Below, one piece after another: positions 55,056-58,632 of a stretch of 58,632 bases of DNA (positions within the stretch are counted from its first letter, which is position 1; each line of letters starts with the position of its first letter). The position numbers and the translations under genes were made by a program. Under the pieces are notes generated by a model. The model worked only from the letters and a program-made list of their open reading frames with translations, did not search any database and was not told the origin of the DNA. Source of the stretch: Acidobacteriota bacterium (GTDB lineage Bacteria; Acidobacteriota; Blastocatellia; RBC074); NCBI GenBank assembly GCA_040007715.1, contig JBDTUN010000311.1, forward strand, positions 1-58,632, in the 5' to 3' direction.

Positions 55056-56420
55056 TTATTTGTGTGGCTGGGTCACCTGAACCCGCATGCCTTCGTGCAA
55101 TGCATCTGAAGGTGTGGCGATGACGGCTTCGCTGCCATCCAGGCCGGAAAGAATCTCAACCTCTTTGCCAAAATCGCGTCCGACTTCGACGGCTTGGTAA
55201 TGAGCCGTTTGGTCAGCGCGCACCAGAATCACCTGCGTGCCTCCGCCGTTGACCACCAATGCGCCTGCCGGAATCAGGACGGAGCGTCTGGTTGTTGGCA
55301 GCGTGAATTTGACCTGCGCATACATTCCCGGCAGGAATTGTTGGTCAGAATTTGGGAAGCGAATTTCAGCCATCATCGTGCGCGAAATTTGATCAACCGA
55401 ATGCGTGGTGCCGATGACTTTGCCGGTGTATTTGCGGGGAGCCAGTTCTCTTACTTCGATGGTAGTTTCCAGGCCGGCCTTCACGGCGGGCGCGAAACTC
55501 TGCGGCACGTTGACGAAGACGCGAATAGTGTCGAGGCGCGAGATTTTGTACAGCCCGGCAGCGGTCGCCGTGCCGCCGCTGGGCGTAATCAGCGTGCCGA
55601 CTTCGATATAGCGCGCGGTGATTGTGCCGTCGAATGGCGCGACCACTCGTTGATAGGATTTCAGATCGGCGAAGCGTTGCGCATTGGCCTGGCGCGCGCT
55701 GGACGTGGACATTCGCGCGTCAATTGCCGACTGCTGCGCCTTGATTGCAGATTGCCGCGAACGGACGGTGGCTTGCGCGGCTTCGACATCGGCCTGGCGC
55801 GCGTCGAAGGTCGCTTGTTTGTCGTCCAGATCCTGGCGAGAGAGAACTCCGTTTGCAACCAGAGTTTTTGATCTTTCCAGATTGACGCGCGCCAATTCCA
55901 GATTGGTGCGCGCCTGTTTCAGCGCCGCTTCCGCCTGCTCCTGTCCCGCCTGTGCTTGCGATAGCTCTGCTCTTCCTTGCGTTACATTCTGGTTGGCTTC
56001 GGCGGCTTCCTGCTGGGCTTCGCTCAAGAGTTGATTGCTTTCCGGCGCGTCAATTTCGGCCAATAATTGGCCAGTGCGCACCGGCTGTCCAATTCCAACC
56101 AGCCAGCGGCGCACATATCCGCTGGTGCGGGCAGAAACGATGATTTCCTGAATCGCCTGCGTGGTCGCGGGCAATACCAATTCACTGGTTGCGTCGGCTT
56201 GGCGCGCGAAGATGGTTTCAACCGAAGGCACCGCGCGTTCCTGCTGTTGCGCGGACGCCGCCAGTTCAGACTGCCGTTTGAGCCTGGGCAGGATGCCGAT
56301 AACCAGCAACGCGACCAGTAAAAATCCCACGGCAATGAAGGGCGTCTTTGACATGCGCGACTCAGGCTCCAATTCATTTTCCTGCCTAGCCTTCGTTACG
56401 TTTGACGAGCCGAGGCTCAT
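55056..56420 (-). CDS. Efflux RND transporter periplasmic adaptor subunit
   Basis: 454 aa with a TM anchor, a coiled-coil hairpin (Gln/Ala-rich), and lipoyl and beta-barrel domains. An ATGA overlap with the RND pump stop supports the 56420 start. An alternative ATG lies at 56354. Confidence 0.85.
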   Translation of the reverse strand: MSLGSSNVTKARQENELEPESRMSKTPFIAVGFLLVALLVIGILPRLKRQSELAASAQQQERAVPSVETIFARQADATSELVLPATTQAIQEIIVSARTSGYVRRWLVGIGQPVRTGQLLAEIDAPESNQLLSEAQQEAAEANQNVTQGRAELSQAQAGQEQAEAALKQARTNLELARVNLERSKTLVANGVLSRQDLDDKQATFDARQADVEAAQATVRSRQSAIKAQQSAIDARMSTSSARQANAQRFADLKSYQRVVAPFDGTITARYIEVGTLITPSGGTATAAGLYKISRLDTIRVFVNVPQSFAPAVKAGLETTIEVRELAPRKYTGKVIGTTHSVDQISRTMMAEIRFPNSDQQFLPGMYAQVKFTLPTTRRSVLIPAGALVVNGGGTQVILVRADQTAHYQAVEVGRDFGKEVEILSGLDGSEAVIATPSDALHEGMRVQVTQPHK

Positions 56421-58632
56421 GAAAATTCTCCTTCTCGAAGTTGATGCGCCAGCCCCAAGGGCGACGGCGCGATGGAATCACTGACAATATTCTCTTCCAC
56501 TTTAACGACAGGTTTGCGGCGCAGCACGCTATAAACCACGGGCACGAAAAACAGCGTGGCGAATGTTGCAACCAATAATCCGCCGATCACTGCGCGTCCG
56601 AGCGGCGCATTCTGTTCGCCGCCTTCGCCGAATCCTAAAGCCATCGGCAGCATTCCGATAATCATCGCCAGCGCCGTCATCAACACAGGGCGCAACCGCG
56701 TGAATCCGGCAGACAACGCCGCAGTAACGGCATCCTGTCCCAACATCCGCTGTTCATTGGCGAAAGTGACCAGCAGGATGCTATTTGCCGTCGCCACGCC
56801 GACGCACATAATCGCTCCCATCAAGCTGGGCACGCTGATGGTCGTTTGCGTTACGAACAGCATCCACAGAATCCCGGCCAGCGCGCCAGGCAGCGCCATC
56901 AGGATGATGAACGGGTCCAGCCACGATTGAAAATTGACCACCATCAGAAAGTAGACCAGCAGGATCGCAAACAGCAGCCCGAAGCCCAAGCCGAAAAAAG
57001 ACGACCGCATGTTTTCAACCTGACCACGCATGACTAGCGAACTGCCGCGCGGCAGCTTCGGTTGAAATTCGGCCATGACACGATCAATCTCCCGCGCCAC
57101 GCCGCCCAGATCGCGATCCTGCACATTGGCATATACATCGAACAGCGGTTGCACATTCCAATGATTGATTACCGCTGCTGACTGATTGTGTTCGACCGTG
57201 GCCAGATTGCTCAACAGTTGGGGAGTTGTCGTGCCGCCGCCGGTGACCGGCGTGCGCCCGATCGCGTCCACTGAATCCATCTTGTACTGCGGCGTTTGCA
57301 CCGTCACCTGATAGCTGACGCCGTTTTCCGGATTCAGCCAGAAGTTCGGCGCGGTCTGGCCGCTGGAACTCAGCGAGGTAAGCAGTGTGCTGGCCACGTC
57401 GCGTTGGGTCAGGCCGGACTGTTCGGCGCGCGTGCGGTCAACGTTGACGCGCAGTTCCGGCGCATCCATCACTTGATGCAGATGCACGTCCGCCGCGCCC
57501 GGAATGCGCGCGATGCGTTCAACCATCTGCCGCGCAAGGTCGTAATTGGCCTTCTGATCGCGCCCGATAAGCTGTACGTCAATCGGCGCGGGCAACCCGA
57601 AATTCAGAATCTGGCTGACGATGTCTGCCGGTTGGAAGAAGAAAGTCAGTTGCGGGAACTGCTCTTTCAATTCGCGCCGCAGCCGTTTGACGTATTCAGG
57701 CGTCGGGCGGTGATCTTCTTTCAACGAAACCAGAATCTCGCCGTCGGCTGAACCGACTGTCGCGCTATCGGAATACGCCAGGTTGATGCCGACCGAAGGC
57801 AGGCCGATGTTGTCCAGAATCAGCCCCAACTCTTCGCGCGGAACGATTTTTCGAATCGCGTCTTCCACCTGTCCGAAGATGCGTTCGGTTTCTTCCAAAC
57901 GGGTTCCCGCAGGCGCGCGCACGTGCAGGCGGAATTGCCCTGCGTCCACCGCCGGAAAAAAGTTCTCGCCGATGAACGGCAGAAACAGAAACGATCCGCC
58001 GCAGAAAAGCAGAAACGCGACGATCACTGCTCGGCGATGTTCCAGCGCCAGCTTCAGCGTGGCGGCATAGCGTTCGCGCCAGCTTTCAAAAAGACCTTCA
58101 AACGCGCCGTGAATGCGCCAGATCATCCCCCTTCCTGAAATGTGCTCGCCTTCGGTTTGATACCGTTTTGATTCGTCGCGCAGCAGGTACAAAACCATCG
58201 TCGGGATCAACGTTCGCGACAGCAGGTAAGACGCCATCATCGCGAAGACTACGGCCATTGCCAGCGGCGTGAACAAGGATTTGGCCGCGCCACTCAAAAA
58301 GACCACCGGCACAAAAACAATGCAGATGGCCAAGGTCGAAACGAAAGCAGGGGTGGCAATCTGTTGCGCGCCGTCCAGAATCGCCTGCCGCAGCGGTTTA
58401 CTTTGCGCCAGATTGCGGTGAATGTTTTCAATCTCGACCGTCGCGTCGTCTACCAGAATGCCGACTGCCAGCGCCAATCCGCCCAGCGTCATGACGTTCA
58501 AGGTTTGGCCGAGCAGCTTCATCAGAATCAGCGAACATAGGATCGAAAGCGGAATCGAGATTGTCACGATCAGCGTGGAGCGCCAGCTTCCCAAAAACAG
58601 CAGGATCATCGCGGCGGTCAAACACGCGGCGA
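56417..58632 (-). CDS. Efflux RND transporter permease (AcrB/CzcA family); the 5' end is outside the window
   Basis: The frame stays open to the window edge. About 738 C-terminal residues are visible, with typical TM bundles and periplasmic porter domains, ending ...VVYSVLRRK. Confidence 0.9.
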   Translation of the reverse strand, partial: AACLTAAMILLFLGSWRSTLIVTISIPLSILCSLILMKLLGQTLNVMTLGGLALAVGILVDDATVEIENIHRNLAQSKPLRQAILDGAQQIATPAFVSTLAICIVFVPVVFLSGAAKSLFTPLAMAVVFAMMASYLLSRTLIPTMVLYLLRDESKRYQTEGEHISGRGMIWRIHGAFEGLFESWRERYAATLKLALEHRRAVIVAFLLFCGGSFLFLPFIGENFFPAVDAGQFRLHVRAPAGTRLEETERIFGQVEDAIRKIVPREELGLILDNIGLPSVGINLAYSDSATVGSADGEILVSLKEDHRPTPEYVKRLRRELKEQFPQLTFFFQPADIVSQILNFGLPAPIDVQLIGRDQKANYDLARQMVERIARIPGAADVHLHQVMDAPELRVNVDRTRAEQSGLTQRDVASTLLTSLSSSGQTAPNFWLNPENGVSYQVTVQTPQYKMDSVDAIGRTPVTGGGTTTPQLLSNLATVEHNQSAAVINHWNVQPLFDVYANVQDRDLGGVAREIDRVMAEFQPKLPRGSSLVMRGQVENMRSSFFGLGFGLLFAILLVYFLMVVNFQSWLDPFIILMALPGALAGILWMLFVTQTTISVPSLMGAIMCVGVATANSILLVTFANEQRMLGQDAVTAALSAGFTRLRPVLMTALAMIIGMLPMALGFGEGGEQNAPLGRAVIGGLLVATFATLFFVPVVYSVLRRKPVVKVEENIVSDSIAPSPLGLAHQLREGEFS

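Noticed and set aside
1-58632. A search for CRISPR arrays, tRNA/rRNA genes, integrases, transposases and prophage blocks
   Set aside because: I saw no regularly spaced direct repeats, no cloverleaf-like GC-rich 75-90 nt islands in the intergenic gaps, and no recombinase-like translations. The only repeats found are the hairpin elements listed above. By-eye inspection could still miss short ncRNAs.

Overview
This is a 58.6-kb, moderately GC-rich, densely coding bacterial chromosomal segment. I call about 55 protein genes. By eye I found no rRNA, tRNA, CRISPR array, transposase or integrase. The gene content suggests Acidobacteriota, but that is inference only. It rests on an Oar-type TonB-dependent receptor with a carboxypeptidase-regulatory N-terminus, a secreted acidobacterial-type VWA protein, tandem MacB/FtsX-type permeases, UPF0182 and several TAT-signal oxidoreductases.

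Gene order, left to right:
- VWA protein (partial), TAT Gfo/Idh/MocA oxidoreductase, GNAT, TonB receptor.
- IolB/KduI-like cupin, threonine-synthase-like enzyme, MFS transporter.
- PGDH-like dehydrogenase, rpmB, SanA-like protein.
- Leader peptide plus terminator, then pheA and a DAHP synthase.
- A more AT-rich stretch of small hypotheticals: two zinc-ribbon membrane proteins, a cytochrome c and a 525-aa unknown.
- A tight operon of dppB-like, SRPBCC, dppC-like, a CHT1-like Na+/solute symporter and phosphatidylcholine synthase.
- Inactive M16 peptidase, ubiE, Uma2 nuclease.
- tldD, then DUF433 and a DUF5615 PIN-like pair, then pmbA.
- Atypical PBP, divergent from cdaA-cdaR-glmM.
- LEA-like membrane protein, truncated S9 peptidase, two MacB-like permeases.
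- MetX-like hydrolase, TIM-barrel isomerase, predicted pseudokinase.
- SGNH hydrolase plus a pglF/pglC/pglE-like sugar cluster, UPF0182, RND adaptor and RND pump (partial).

Strongest observations:
1. A promoter, an aromatic-rich leader peptide and an intrinsic terminator that ends at the pheA start codon. This looks like a ribosome-mediated attenuator for the pheA-DAHP synthase operon.
2. An SLC5A7/CHT1-type symporter translationally coupled to pcs, in an operon with orphan Dpp-type permeases and an embedded START-like protein.
3. A putative toxin-antitoxin pair inserted between tldD and pmbA.
4. Families of long perfect hairpin repeats at convergent gene ends.

All calls come from reading the translations and the DNA by eye. 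No searches or folding programs were run.
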